NCBI GenBank assembly: GCA_017380615.1
Contig: JAFODQ010000041.1
Span: forward strand, 3,600 to 67,599
Direction: 5' to 3'
DNA length: 64,000 nt
From: Clostridia bacterium
GTDB lineage: Bacteria; Bacillota; Clostridia; Oscillospirales; Acutalibacteraceae
The notes below the pieces were generated by a model. It was not told the origin of the DNA. It did no database searches and was given only the letters and a program-made list of their open reading frames with translations. Below are positions 26,983 to 36,056 of the stretch, piece by piece. Numbering within the stretch: the first letter of the stretch is position 1; each line of letters opens with the position of its first letter. The position numbers and the translations under genes were made by a program.

Positions 26983-28599
26983 ATGGAAACCAAGCTTGTT
27001 AAAATTTCTGCTCACGATGGTGCGGAAAAATATAATGAAGCAGCCTGTCTGTTAAGGGACGGGCAGGTGGTTGCTATCCCTACGGAAACTGTATATGGTC
27101 TTGCAGGAAATGCTTATTCCGAAAGTGCTGTCAGAGCAATCTTTGAGGCTAAGGGCAGGCCACAGGATAATCCCTTGATTGTTCACATATCATCCTTTGA
27201 TGAGATATATCCTCTTGTGAGAGAGGTGCCTGATAATGCAAGAAAGCTTGCAGATGCTTTTTGGCCCGGTCCGCTCACAATCATTCTGCCAAAGTCAGAT
27301 AAAGTTCCGTTGTGCGTAACCGGTGGGCTTGACACCGTTGCTGTCAGGTGCCCTTTGCATCCGGTGGCAAACAGACTCATAAAGGAAACCGGTCTTCCAC
27401 TTGCAGCACCGTCTGCAAACCTTTCAGGAAAACCCAGCCCCACCACAGCCGACCATGTTTATAAGGACCTCAATGGAAGAATTCCCATGATTATTGATGG
27501 TGGTGAGTGTGAAGAGGGCGTTGAATCCACAGTTATCACACTTGCAACTGAAACGCCGAAGGTTTTAAGACCGGGTAACATCACCATCGGTCAGCTCAGA
27601 GATGTCCTCGGAGATGTTCAGGTTGATAATGCAGTGCTAAATCCTCTTAAAGATGGCGAGAAGGTTTCCTCGCCCGGAATGAAATATAAGCATTATTCAC
27701 CGGATACCGATGTTGTGGTGGTGCGTGGCAGCTACAATGCCTTCAGAGCATATGTCAACGCCAACGCGGATTGTGATACCTATGCAATGGTTTTCAGTGG
27801 CGAGGGGTCAGGAATCAAAGCAAAGGTTATTGAATATGGCCTTAGTGATAAATACCGTGAACTTTCACATTCTCTGTTTGGTACATTGCGAAGATTGGAT
27901 GAATTGAATGCGACCAGATGTTTCGTAAGGTGCCCTGATGAGACAAATGACGATAATCTGGCTGTTCTTAACCGACTTCTTCGTGCAGCTGCCTTCAACA
28001 CTGTGGATCTGAGGGCGAAAAAGCTTGTGGGTCTCACAGGAAAAACAGGTGCAGGCAAATCCACCGTGAGCAAGCTTCTTGAGGAGAAGGGTGCTTATAT
28101 AATTGACGGTGATGTTGTGGCACGAAGGGTGCTCTGTGAGGATTCCTCAATACTGGTTGAGCTTGAAGCAGCCTTTGGTGGTGTGCTTTGCGAGGATGGC
28201 ACTCTTGACAGAAAAAAATTAGCAAGAAAAGCTTTCAGTACGCCTGAAAACACCGAGAGGCTTAATTCAATTATTCACCCTGCTATAAATGAATATATTC
28301 ACAGCGAGGTTGAAAAAGCTTTTATGGAATATGATTGTGTTGTTGTGGATGCAGCAGCAATCATCGAATCAGGCTTTGCGGATGAATGTGATTGCCTTTT
28401 TGTGGTACACGCTCCCGAGGATATCCGAAAGCAAAGAATTATTCAGCGTGATTCTCTTTCTGAGTCGGATGCCCTTGTGAGAATAAACGGTCAGAAGGAT
28501 GATGATTTTTACATCTCCCGTGCAACTGCGGTCATAAATAATTATCCGCCTTTTGACTTGAATGACGAAATTAAAAAAATATTTAATCTGATTTATTAA
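26983..28599 (+). CDS. Fusion protein: L-threonylcarbamoyladenylate synthase (Sua5/YwlC type) plus dephospho-CoA kinase
   Basis: The YrdC and Sua5 domains end at ...LNRLLRAAAFNTVDL. A 4-aa linker follows, then the CoaE P-loop LVGLTGKTGAGKST and the rest of the CoaE fold, all in one frame. Confidence 0.85.
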   Translation: METKLVKISAHDGAEKYNEAACLLRDGQVVAIPTETVYGLAGNAYSESAVRAIFEAKGRPQDNPLIVHISSFDEIYPLVREVPDNARKLADAFWPGPLTIILPKSDKVPLCVTGGLDTVAVRCPLHPVANRLIKETGLPLAAPSANLSGKPSPTTADHVYKDLNGRIPMIIDGGECEEGVESTVITLATETPKVLRPGNITIGQLRDVLGDVQVDNAVLNPLKDGEKVSSPGMKYKHYSPDTDVVVVRGSYNAFRAYVNANADCDTYAMVFSGEGSGIKAKVIEYGLSDKYRELSHSLFGTLRRLDELNATRCFVRCPDETNDDNLAVLNRLLRAAAFNTVDLRAKKLVGLTGKTGAGKSTVSKLLEEKGAYIIDGDVVARRVLCEDSSILVELEAAFGGVLCEDGTLDRKKLARKAFSTPENTERLNSIIHPAINEYIHSEVEKAFMEYDCVVVDAAAIIESGFADECDCLFVVHAPEDIRKQRIIQRDSLSESDALVRINGQKDDDFYISRATAVINNYPPFDLNDEIKKIFNLIY

Positions 28600-28612
28600 T
28601 GGAGGATTTATT

Positions 28613-30004
28613 ATGAATACAGAAGAACTTAAAAATGAACTTTTCTATAAGCCGAAGCACGCAGCCGTTGTTTCCGGTGAAGAGACTGTTTCCAGAGCGA
28701 ACATCTTTGCCGAGGGGTACAAGGAATTCTTGAATAACGCAAAAACCGAACGCGAAGCAACTGCAGTTATTAAAGCGCAGGCACAACGCAGAGGTTTTGT
28801 GGAATTTGACCCTTACAAGCAATATAAACAGGGCGAAAAAGTGTTTTTCGTAAACAGAGATAAATCAATTATTCTTGCAGTCATTGGTAAAAAGCCTCTC
28901 AACGAGGGTGTGAAGATTGCTGCAGCTCACATTGATTCTCCAAGACTTGATTTGAAGCCAAATCCTCTTTATGAATCAGATGAGCTTGCACTCTTTAAAA
29001 CACACTATTATGGTGGTATCAAAAAATATCAGTGGGTTGCAATTCCTCTTGCGCTTCACGGTGTTATTATCAAGGCAGACGGAACAAAGGTTGATGTAAA
29101 AATCGGTGAAGAAGAGGGAGAGCCTAAGTTTGTTATTTCAGATATTCTTCCTCACCTTGGCGCAGAGCAGGGTAAACGCACTCTTTCAGAGGGTATCGCA
29201 GGTGAAGAGCTTAATGTTATTGTTGGTTCGCTTCCTTTTAAAAATGATGAAGGTAGTGAGCTCGTTAAACTTAATGTATTGAAGCTTCTAAATGAGAAAT
29301 ATGGTATTAAGGAAGCAGATTTCCTTAGTGCAGAGCTTGAGGTTGTGCCCGCATTCAAGGCAGATGACATCGGCTTTGACAGAGGTCTTGTGGGCTCATA
29401 CGGACACGATGACAGAGTTTGTGCATATCCTGCAGCAATGGCAGCCTTTGATGTTGAAAATCCTGAGTTTACAGTACTCACAGTGCTCACAGATAAGGAA
29501 GAGACCGGCTCAGACGGTAACACAGGTCTTCAGTCAGATTATATGAAGAACTTTATTGCTTACCTTGCAAAGGGAAACGGTCTTGATGTGTTTGAGGTGC
29601 TTTCAAAGAGCGAATGCCTCTCAGCAGATGTTAATTCTGCTTATGATCCGACCTTTAATTCTGTTTTTGAAAAGAACAACACCTCCTTCCTTAACAAGGG
29701 TGTCGTAATTACAAAATATACAGGTGCAAGAGGCAAGGCTGGAACAAGTGATGCAAGTGCAGAGTATATGGGCAAAATCAGAAGAATGCTTGATGAGGAT
29801 AACATCATCTGGCAGATCGGCGAGCTCGGTAAGGTTGATGCAGGTGGCGGTGGCACAGTTGCTAAGTATATTGCAAACCTTGATGTGGATGTTGTTGACC
29901 TTGGTGTTCCCGTGCTTTCAATGCATGCACCATATGAGGTTATTTCAAAGCTTGACATCTATATGGCTTACAGAGCATTTGTTAAATTTTTTGAACAGAA
30001 ATAA
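28613..30004 (+). CDS. M18-family aminopeptidase
   Basis: 463 aa, with the AAHIDSPRLDLKP and GHDDRVC motifs. Confidence 0.85.
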   Translation: MNTEELKNELFYKPKHAAVVSGEETVSRANIFAEGYKEFLNNAKTEREATAVIKAQAQRRGFVEFDPYKQYKQGEKVFFVNRDKSIILAVIGKKPLNEGVKIAAAHIDSPRLDLKPNPLYESDELALFKTHYYGGIKKYQWVAIPLALHGVIIKADGTKVDVKIGEEEGEPKFVISDILPHLGAEQGKRTLSEGIAGEELNVIVGSLPFKNDEGSELVKLNVLKLLNEKYGIKEADFLSAELEVVPAFKADDIGFDRGLVGSYGHDDRVCAYPAAMAAFDVENPEFTVLTVLTDKEETGSDGNTGLQSDYMKNFIAYLAKGNGLDVFEVLSKSECLSADVNSAYDPTFNSVFEKNNTSFLNKGVVITKYTGARGKAGTSDASAEYMGKIRRMLDEDNIIWQIGELGKVDAGGGGTVAKYIANLDVDVVDLGVPVLSMHAPYEVISKLDIYMAYRAFVKFFEQK

Positions 30005-30026
30005 ATGAGTTTATTTGGAGACGGTT

Positions 30027-30665
30027 ATGGCAAATAAAAATGAAAAGAAATATGTTTCTCCCACAATCTATTGGGCGCTTCGACCTTTTTTGAAGCTTGT
30101 ATTCTATGTAGTTTTCTGGCCTCGTGTGAGGGGTAAGCACAATATTCCCAAAGAAGGTGGAGCAATATTGGCAGGAAACCATGTCTTCGTGCTCGATCCG
30201 TTCTGTGTGGGCTCGGGAACAAGACGGTGTGTCCATTTTCTGGGAAAGTATGAGATTTTTAAATATAGATTTACAAACTGGCTTTTCCATAAGGCAGGGG
30301 TTATACCCGTACACCGTCAGAGAAAGGATCACGCTGCTCTTGAGGCTGCAGAGAATTATCTCAAGGCGGGCTCTCTCGTTGCTCTCTTTCCTGAGGCAAC
30401 AATCATCAAGCCCGAGGGAATCAGAATTCTTCCATTTAAAATGGGTGCAATCAAAATGGCTTATGATACGGGCTGTCCTATTGTTCCTTTTACAGTAAAT
30501 GGAAGATACATACCGATTTTCGGTAAAATTTCCATAACCTTTCACGAGCCGTTCTATGTGGAGTCGGATGATTTGGAGGCAGAGCTTGAAAAGCTTGTTC
30601 AGAAGGTATGTGCAGGTCTCGAGCCACCTCTTAAGCCGGAAGAGAGAAAATATACAAAAGATTGA
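30027..30665 (+). CDS. plsC: 1-acyl-sn-glycerol-3-phosphate acyltransferase family protein
   Basis: HxxxxD motif (NHVFVLD) and the FPEAT block. Confidence 0.8.
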   Translation: MANKNEKKYVSPTIYWALRPFLKLVFYVVFWPRVRGKHNIPKEGGAILAGNHVFVLDPFCVGSGTRRCVHFLGKYEIFKYRFTNWLFHKAGVIPVHRQRKDHAALEAAENYLKAGSLVALFPEATIIKPEGIRILPFKMGAIKMAYDTGCPIVPFTVNGRYIPIFGKISITFHEPFYVESDDLEAELEKLVQKVCAGLEPPLKPEERKYTKD

Positions 30666-30674
30666 GGTATGGAT

Positions 30675-31064
30675 ATGAAAAAAGTTATTTGTTTGCTTCT
30701 TGTTATGGTTGTTTTGTTCAGTTCTTGCGGTAAAACTGAGGTGACAGAGGATTTGGGGAGTTTTGTTAAGGAAAAATCCTTCAGCTCGGATAATAAGTAT
30801 TTCGTAACTTTGTCACACTTTTTTAATGAAGATAAGGTCGAAATAGTATATATTGATGTCCGTTATGCTCACAATGAAAAAATTCAGGGAACAATCACTG
30901 TTGGTGATGTGGAAACCTTCAAAGGCTATTGCTGGGAAGACGGCACTCATAGAATCTGGGTTCAAACCACAAATGATGTTAAGTGTTATGAGTATGTGGA
31001 CTTTGAATATCAAGTTGTGGAAGATGCAGTGAAGCCCGATGGCATAATTTCTATACACGATTGA
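30675..31064 (+). CDS. Hypothetical lipoprotein
   Basis: Signal peptide with lipobox FSSCG. Confidence 0.5.
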   Translation: MKKVICLLLVMVVLFSSCGKTEVTEDLGSFVKEKSFSSDNKYFVTLSHFFNEDKVEIVYIDVRYAHNEKIQGTITVGDVETFKGYCWEDGTHRIWVQTTNDVKCYEYVDFEYQVVEDAVKPDGIISIHD

Positions 31065-31067
31065 TTA

Positions 31068-31102
31068 AACGGCTTGACCTTTTGGGGTCAAGCCGTTTTG
31101 TT
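31068..31102. terminator. Bidirectional terminator
   Basis: Stem AACGGCTTGACC/GGTCAAGCCGTT followed by a T-run. Confidence 0.7.
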
Positions 31103-31538
31103 AAAGTGGCGATGAAATCCAATAAATAATTCCATACACCATACTCGCCACTGTGCCATACACAATAACGGGTCCCGCAATTGTAAATATTTTTGCACCC
31201 ACGCCTAAAATCCATCCTTCGGCTTTAAACTCAATGGCAGGGGAAACCACAGCGTTTGCGAAGCCTGTTATGGGCACTGCTGTGCCTGCACCCCCATGCT
31301 TTGCTATTTTGTCAAAAACACCTGCACCTGTGAGAATCGCAGTAACAATAATGAGTGTTCCTGAAACAGCAAGCTTTACCTCGTCTTCGTTGAGTGTTGT
31401 CATTTCGTAAAGCGTCTTTAAAATTTCACCAAAGCAGCAAATTCCGCCGCCCACAAGAAAAGCCTTGATGCAATCCTTTAATATCGGTGATTTTGGTGTT
31501 TGTTCACTTACAAGCTGTTTGTATTGGTTTTTATCCAA
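31101..31538 (-). CDS. spoVAC: Stage V sporulation protein AC
   Basis: SpoVAC pattern (PKSPILKDCIKAFLVGGGICCFGE). TTG start at 31538 follows GGGAG; the ORF track begins at 31586. Confidence 0.82.
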   Translation of the reverse strand: MDKNQYKQLVSEQTPKSPILKDCIKAFLVGGGICCFGEILKTLYEMTTLNEDEVKLAVSGTLIIVTAILTGAGVFDKIAKHGGAGTAVPITGFANAVVSPAIEFKAEGWILGVGAKIFTIAGPVIVYGTVASMVYGIIYWISSPL

Positions 31539-31731
31539 AAAAATCACTCCCGTTAATATTTTTTCTTTAAATTTCGTAATATACATTGATTAAATTTATT
31601 TTTTATTGTAAAATATATATAGTTCCTGACATAAAGGGCTTTCCTGATTGAAAGGTTCGGCTTTTTTGTATATTTTGCTTTTTGCCGTGCCTTCAATAGG
31701 TGCGGTATTTTGTTTTATTGGAGGCTTTATA

Positions 31732-31989
31732 ATGGCATCAAGAGTTGGTGTTATCAGCATAATTGTTGAAAACACAGAATCAGTTGAATCTCTTAACGCT
31801 CTTCTCCATTCTTATGGAGAGCACATAATAGGAAGAATGGGGATTCCTTATCGCGAAAAGGGTATAAGTCTTATCAGTGTGGCAATAGATGCTCCACAGG
31901 ATATAATCTCCACCCTGGGTGGCAAAATCGGAAATCTGAAGGGTGTCAGCGCTAAAACGGTGCTTTCAAATGTGGTGACGAATGAATAA
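31732..31989 (+). CDS. TM1266-family iron-only hydrogenase system regulator
   Basis: About 85-aa ACT/NikR-C-like protein (VISIIVEN...GRMGIPY) directly preceding hydE. GGAGG RBS upstream. Confidence 0.72.
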   Translation: MASRVGVISIIVENTESVESLNALLHSYGEHIIGRMGIPYREKGISLISVAIDAPQDIISTLGGKIGNLKGVSAKTVLSNVVTNE

Positions 31990-33031
31990 ATTAGTTTCTT
32001 TGGCAGAAAAGCTTTCTGACACACATTCGCTTTCTGTTGATGAATATCTCTTTCTTCTTGAAAACAGGAACGAAGAATTTGCCTTGTATCTTGCAAAAAT
32101 AGCAAATCGCGTGCGTCAGGCTGTTTATTCCAATAAGGTCTATATAAGAGGTCTTATTGAAATTTCAAATATATGCAAAAATAATTGCCTTTATTGTGGG
32201 ATCAGAGCAAAAAACGCTTCTTGTGAACGCTATCGTCTTACGCCGGATGAAATATATGATAGCTGTGTAAGTGGATATGAAATAGGGTTTCGCACCTTTG
32301 TGCTTCAAGGTGGAGAGGATTTCTTTTTCACAGATGATGTTCTGTGTGAATTGATTTCCCGTATCAAAAAAAACTTTCCGGATTGTGCTGTTACTCTTTC
32401 GTTGGGTGAACGCTCACGAGAAAGCTATCAGGCACTTTATGATGCAGGAGCTGACAGATACCTTCTTCGTCACGAGGCTGTTAATTCTGAACTGTATTCA
32501 AAGCTTCATCCATCAAATATGAAGCAGGAAAACAGATTGAAATGTCTTGGAGAGCTGAAGGAAATCGGGTTTCAGACAGGCTGTGGGTTTATGGTGGGTG
32601 CACCATATCAGACTCTTCGTCACATTGCAGAGGACTTAAAATTTGTTGAAGAATTCAAGCCTGAAATGTGTGGAATTGGTCCTTTTGTGCCACACAAAAA
32701 CACAATTTTCCGTAATGAGGAAGCGGGTAGTGTTGAATTGACCTGCTATCTGCTATCAATTATCCGTATAATGCACCCAAATATACTTCTTCCTGCCACG
32801 ACAGCTCTCGGCACTGTGGAAGAGGGCGGCAGAGAAAAGGGAATTCTCGCAGGTGCAAATGTCATAATGCCCAACCTCTCACCCTTGGGTGTCAGAAGAA
32901 AATATGAGCTTTATGATAACAAGCTCAGCACAGGAGCTGAAAGTGCTGAAAACATTGAATTATTGAATCAAAAGCTTCGTGAAATAGGCTTTGAAATTGA
33001 AATTTCACGGGGAGATATAAAAGGAGAATAA
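31982..33031 (+). CDS. hydE: [FeFe] hydrogenase H-cluster radical SAM maturase HydE
   Basis: CKNNCLYCG radical-SAM cluster and its position in the hyd maturase operon. Confidence 0.9.
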   Translation: MNKLVSLAEKLSDTHSLSVDEYLFLLENRNEEFALYLAKIANRVRQAVYSNKVYIRGLIEISNICKNNCLYCGIRAKNASCERYRLTPDEIYDSCVSGYEIGFRTFVLQGGEDFFFTDDVLCELISRIKKNFPDCAVTLSLGERSRESYQALYDAGADRYLLRHEAVNSELYSKLHPSNMKQENRLKCLGELKEIGFQTGCGFMVGAPYQTLRHIAEDLKFVEEFKPEMCGIGPFVPHKNTIFRNEEAGSVELTCYLLSIIRIMHPNILLPATTALGTVEEGGREKGILAGANVIMPNLSPLGVRRKYELYDNKLSTGAESAENIELLNQKLREIGFEIEISRGDIKGE

Positions 33032-33033
33032 TT

Positions 33034-34482
33034 ATGGCTGTTTACAATCCAAAATCATTAAAAGCAGAAGAATTTATCAATGATGGTGAAATTCTTGAAA
33101 CAATAAAATATGCTGAAGAAAATAAGAATAACATGGCTCTTATTGAAGAAATTCTTGGGAAAGCCCAGCCCAAAAAGGTTGGTAACGGTTATCAGTGCAC
33201 GGGTCTTTCACACAGAGATGCCGCTGTGCTTCTCGCTTGTGATGCTCCTGAGATAATAGAGAAGCTGTATGCCCTCGCAAATGACATCAAACAGAAATTT
33301 TACGGAAACAGAATCGTTATGTTTGCGCCTCTTTATCTTTCAAACTATTGTGTTAATGGCTGCGTTTATTGTCCGTATCACATGAAGAATAAACACATTG
33401 CAAGAAAGAAGCTGACTCAGGAAGAGGTTAAGGCAGAGGTGATTGCTTTACAGGATATGGGTCACAAACGCCTTGCTATTGAAGCCGGCGAGGATCCGAA
33501 GAATAACCCTATTGAATATATTCTTGAATGTATCAAAACAATTTACAGCGTGAACCACAAAAACGGTGCAATTCGTCGAGTTAATGTTAATATAGCAGCC
33601 ACTACAGTTGAAAATTACCGTAAGCTCAAAGAAGCAGGTATCGGTACCTACATACTTTTTCAGGAAACATACCACAAGGAGAGCTATCTTGAGCTTCACC
33701 CGACAGGACCAAAGCACGATTATGATTATCACACCGAGGCGATGGACAGAGCAATGCAGGGTGGTATAGATGATGTTGGTTTGGGTGTGCTTTTCGGTCT
33801 TGAAAAATATATGTATGAATTTGTTGGACTTCTTATGCATGCTGAACATCTTGAGGCTGTTTTCGGAGTCGGACCTCATACCATAAGCGTGCCACGAATT
33901 AAACGGGCAGATGATATTGATCCTACAGTTTTCGATAACGGTTTGAGTGATGAAATGTTCAAGAAAATCATTGCTTGTATCCGCATTGCTGTGCCATATA
34001 CAGGCATGATTATCTCAACCCGTGAAAGCGAAAAGGTGAGAGGTGAAGTGCTTCACATGGGCATTTCTCAGATAAGTGGTGCTTCCCGAACATCTGTTGG
34101 TGGTTACACAGAGGAAGAAAGACCACACGATTCTGAGCAGTTCGACGTTTCCGACCAACGAACTCTTGATGAGGTTGTGCATTGGCTTATGGAGAACGGA
34201 CATATTCCGTCATTCTGCACAGCCTGTTATCGTGAGGGCAGAACCGGAGACAGATTTATGAGTCTTTGCAAAAACGGACAAATCCTCAATTGCTGCCACC
34301 CTAATGCTCTTATGACACTTTCCGAGTTCCTTGTTGACTATGCATCCGATGCCACAAAAGAGGTAGGCTACAAGCTTATTGAGGCAGAGCTTGAGAAGAT
34401 TCCGACAGAGAAGGTGAAGTCGATAGCGAAGCAAAATATTGACGATATAAAGAACTCCAATCGCAGAGATTTCAGATTTTAA
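33034..34482 (+). CDS. hydG: [FeFe] hydrogenase H-cluster radical SAM maturase HydG
   Basis: CVNGCVYCPY cluster and the C-terminal CTACYR...C motif. Confidence 0.92.
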   Translation: MAVYNPKSLKAEEFINDGEILETIKYAEENKNNMALIEEILGKAQPKKVGNGYQCTGLSHRDAAVLLACDAPEIIEKLYALANDIKQKFYGNRIVMFAPLYLSNYCVNGCVYCPYHMKNKHIARKKLTQEEVKAEVIALQDMGHKRLAIEAGEDPKNNPIEYILECIKTIYSVNHKNGAIRRVNVNIAATTVENYRKLKEAGIGTYILFQETYHKESYLELHPTGPKHDYDYHTEAMDRAMQGGIDDVGLGVLFGLEKYMYEFVGLLMHAEHLEAVFGVGPHTISVPRIKRADDIDPTVFDNGLSDEMFKKIIACIRIAVPYTGMIISTRESEKVRGEVLHMGISQISGASRTSVGGYTEEERPHDSEQFDVSDQRTLDEVVHWLMENGHIPSFCTACYREGRTGDRFMSLCKNGQILNCCHPNALMTLSEFLVDYASDATKEVGYKLIEAELEKIPTEKVKSIAKQNIDDIKNSNRRDFRF

Positions 34483-34491
34483 GGTGATTAT

Positions 34492-35679
34492 ATGAGCTTG
34501 AATGAAACAGTTTCAGCTGAAAGAGTGCATATAGGCTTTTTCGGTAAAAGAAATGCAGGTAAATCAAGTCTTGTGAATGCTGTCACAGGGCAAAGCCTTG
34601 CTGTGGTGTCAGATGTTAAGGGTACCACCACAGATCCCGTGAAAAAAGCAATGGAGCTATTACCTGTAGGACCTGTGGTGATTATTGATACCCCTGGTCT
34701 TGATGATGAAGGTGCATTGGGCGAAATGCGTGTTGAAAAAACACGGGAGATTCTTTCTCGTACGGATATTGCTGTGATTGTTGTTGATGCTTCTTTAGGT
34801 AAAACCACAGAGGATGAAGCGTTTGTTGCAGAGCTTGAGAAAAGAAAGCTTCCGTATATTTTGGTGTATAACAAATCAGATATGACAGAAAGCAGGGTGG
34901 CTCTTGGAGAAAATGAGCTTCTCGTCAGTGCACGCACTGGTGACGGGATCAATGCTCTCAAGGAAAAAATCGGTGAGATAGCTAAATCCAAGGGTGAAAA
35001 AAAGCTCATTCTTGCAGATTTGATAAGTCAAGGTGATATGGTCGTGCTTTGCATACCCATTGATGAGGCTGCACCCAAAGGAAGGTTGATTCTTCCGCAA
35101 CAGCTTGTGCTTCGTGAGCTTCTTGATTGCAGAGCCTCAGCCTTGTGCTGTCAGCCCGGTGAGCTGCCTGAGCTTCTCAGCAATCTTCAAAAAAAGCCAA
35201 GGCTTGTTATTACGGATTCGCAGGTGTTCGGTGAGGTGTCACAGCTTGTGCCGCAAGATGTTCAGCTGACCTCCTTTTCGATTCTTATGGCGCGATATAA
35301 GGGTGAATTGTCGGCGCTCGTTGAGGGTGCAGGGGTGTTATCACGGATTAATGACGGAGATAAAATTCTTATCAGTGAGGGGTGTACTCATCATCGCCAG
35401 TGTAATGATATCGGTACAGTAAAGCTTCCGGGTTGGATAAAGAATTATTCCAAAGCAGAGCCGGATTTCAGCTTCACCTCAGGTGGAGAATTTCCGAAGG
35501 ATTTGTCAGGTTTTTCCCTCGTTGTTCATTGCGGTGGTTGTATGTTAAATGAAAAAGAGATGAAACATCGTATGCAGGTTGCAGAAGAACAGGGCGTTCC
35601 GATGGTGAATTATGGTGTTGCAATTGCACAGATGAACGGTATTTTAAGCCGGAGTCTTGAGCCGTTTCAGGAAAAATGA
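34492..35679 (+). CDS. hydF: [FeFe] hydrogenase H-cluster maturation GTPase HydF
   Basis: G1 motif GKRNAGKSS, DTPG, NKSD, and C-terminal CTH...HCGGC cluster ligands. Confidence 0.9.
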   Translation: MSLNETVSAERVHIGFFGKRNAGKSSLVNAVTGQSLAVVSDVKGTTTDPVKKAMELLPVGPVVIIDTPGLDDEGALGEMRVEKTREILSRTDIAVIVVDASLGKTTEDEAFVAELEKRKLPYILVYNKSDMTESRVALGENELLVSARTGDGINALKEKIGEIAKSKGEKKLILADLISQGDMVVLCIPIDEAAPKGRLILPQQLVLRELLDCRASALCCQPGELPELLSNLQKKPRLVITDSQVFGEVSQLVPQDVQLTSFSILMARYKGELSALVEGAGVLSRINDGDKILISEGCTHHRQCNDIGTVKLPGWIKNYSKAEPDFSFTSGGEFPKDLSGFSLVVHCGGCMLNEKEMKHRMQVAEEQGVPMVNYGVAIAQMNGILSRSLEPFQEK

Positions 35680-35759
35680 ACAATACTATTGAAAAATAAA
35701 AAATATTTTGTTATTATTTATGTAACTTATTAAATTAAGTGAATAAAGGAGAGTTAGAA

Positions 35760-35984
35760 ATGGCAGAATTCAAATATGAAATTCAGGAAAGCCTCGGCGT
35801 AGTTTCTGAATCAACAAATGGTTGGACAAGGGAGCTTAACCTTATTTCATGGAATGGTGGCAAGCCTAAGTACGATCTTCGTGACTGGGCACCGGAGCAT
35901 GAAAAGATGGGTAAGGGTATCGGTCTCACAATGGAGGACCTTGAATCTCTTTACGACATCATTGGTGGAATTTTGGGTAAATAA
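35760..35984 (+). CDS. YdbC/PC4-like small ssDNA-binding family protein
   Basis: About 74 aa. The pattern W.RELNLISWNGGKPKYDLRDW resembles the bacterial PC4-like family. Confidence 0.55.
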   Translation: MAEFKYEIQESLGVVSESTNGWTRELNLISWNGGKPKYDLRDWAPEHEKMGKGIGLTMEDLESLYDIIGGILGK

Positions 35985-36005
35985 TTCCATTATTTGAATC
36001 AGAAA

Positions 36006-36046
36006 ACTTAAGCACCTGTTACCGTATTGGTAACAGGTGCTTTTCT
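36006..36046. terminator. Bidirectional terminator
   Basis: 14-bp stem AAGCACCTGTTACC/GGTAACAGGTGCTT. Confidence 0.75.
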
Positions 36047-36056
36047 CATTTTTGTT

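Noticed and set aside
34488-35009. 173-aa ORF antisense to hydF. The same applies to 47382-47996 (antisense to the histidine kinase), 36008-36586 (overlapping the FAD oxidoreductase gene on the same strand in a different frame) and 49219-49827 (antisense to prmC).
   Set aside because: These are shadow ORFs within well-supported genes, with low-complexity or implausible composition and no translation signals.
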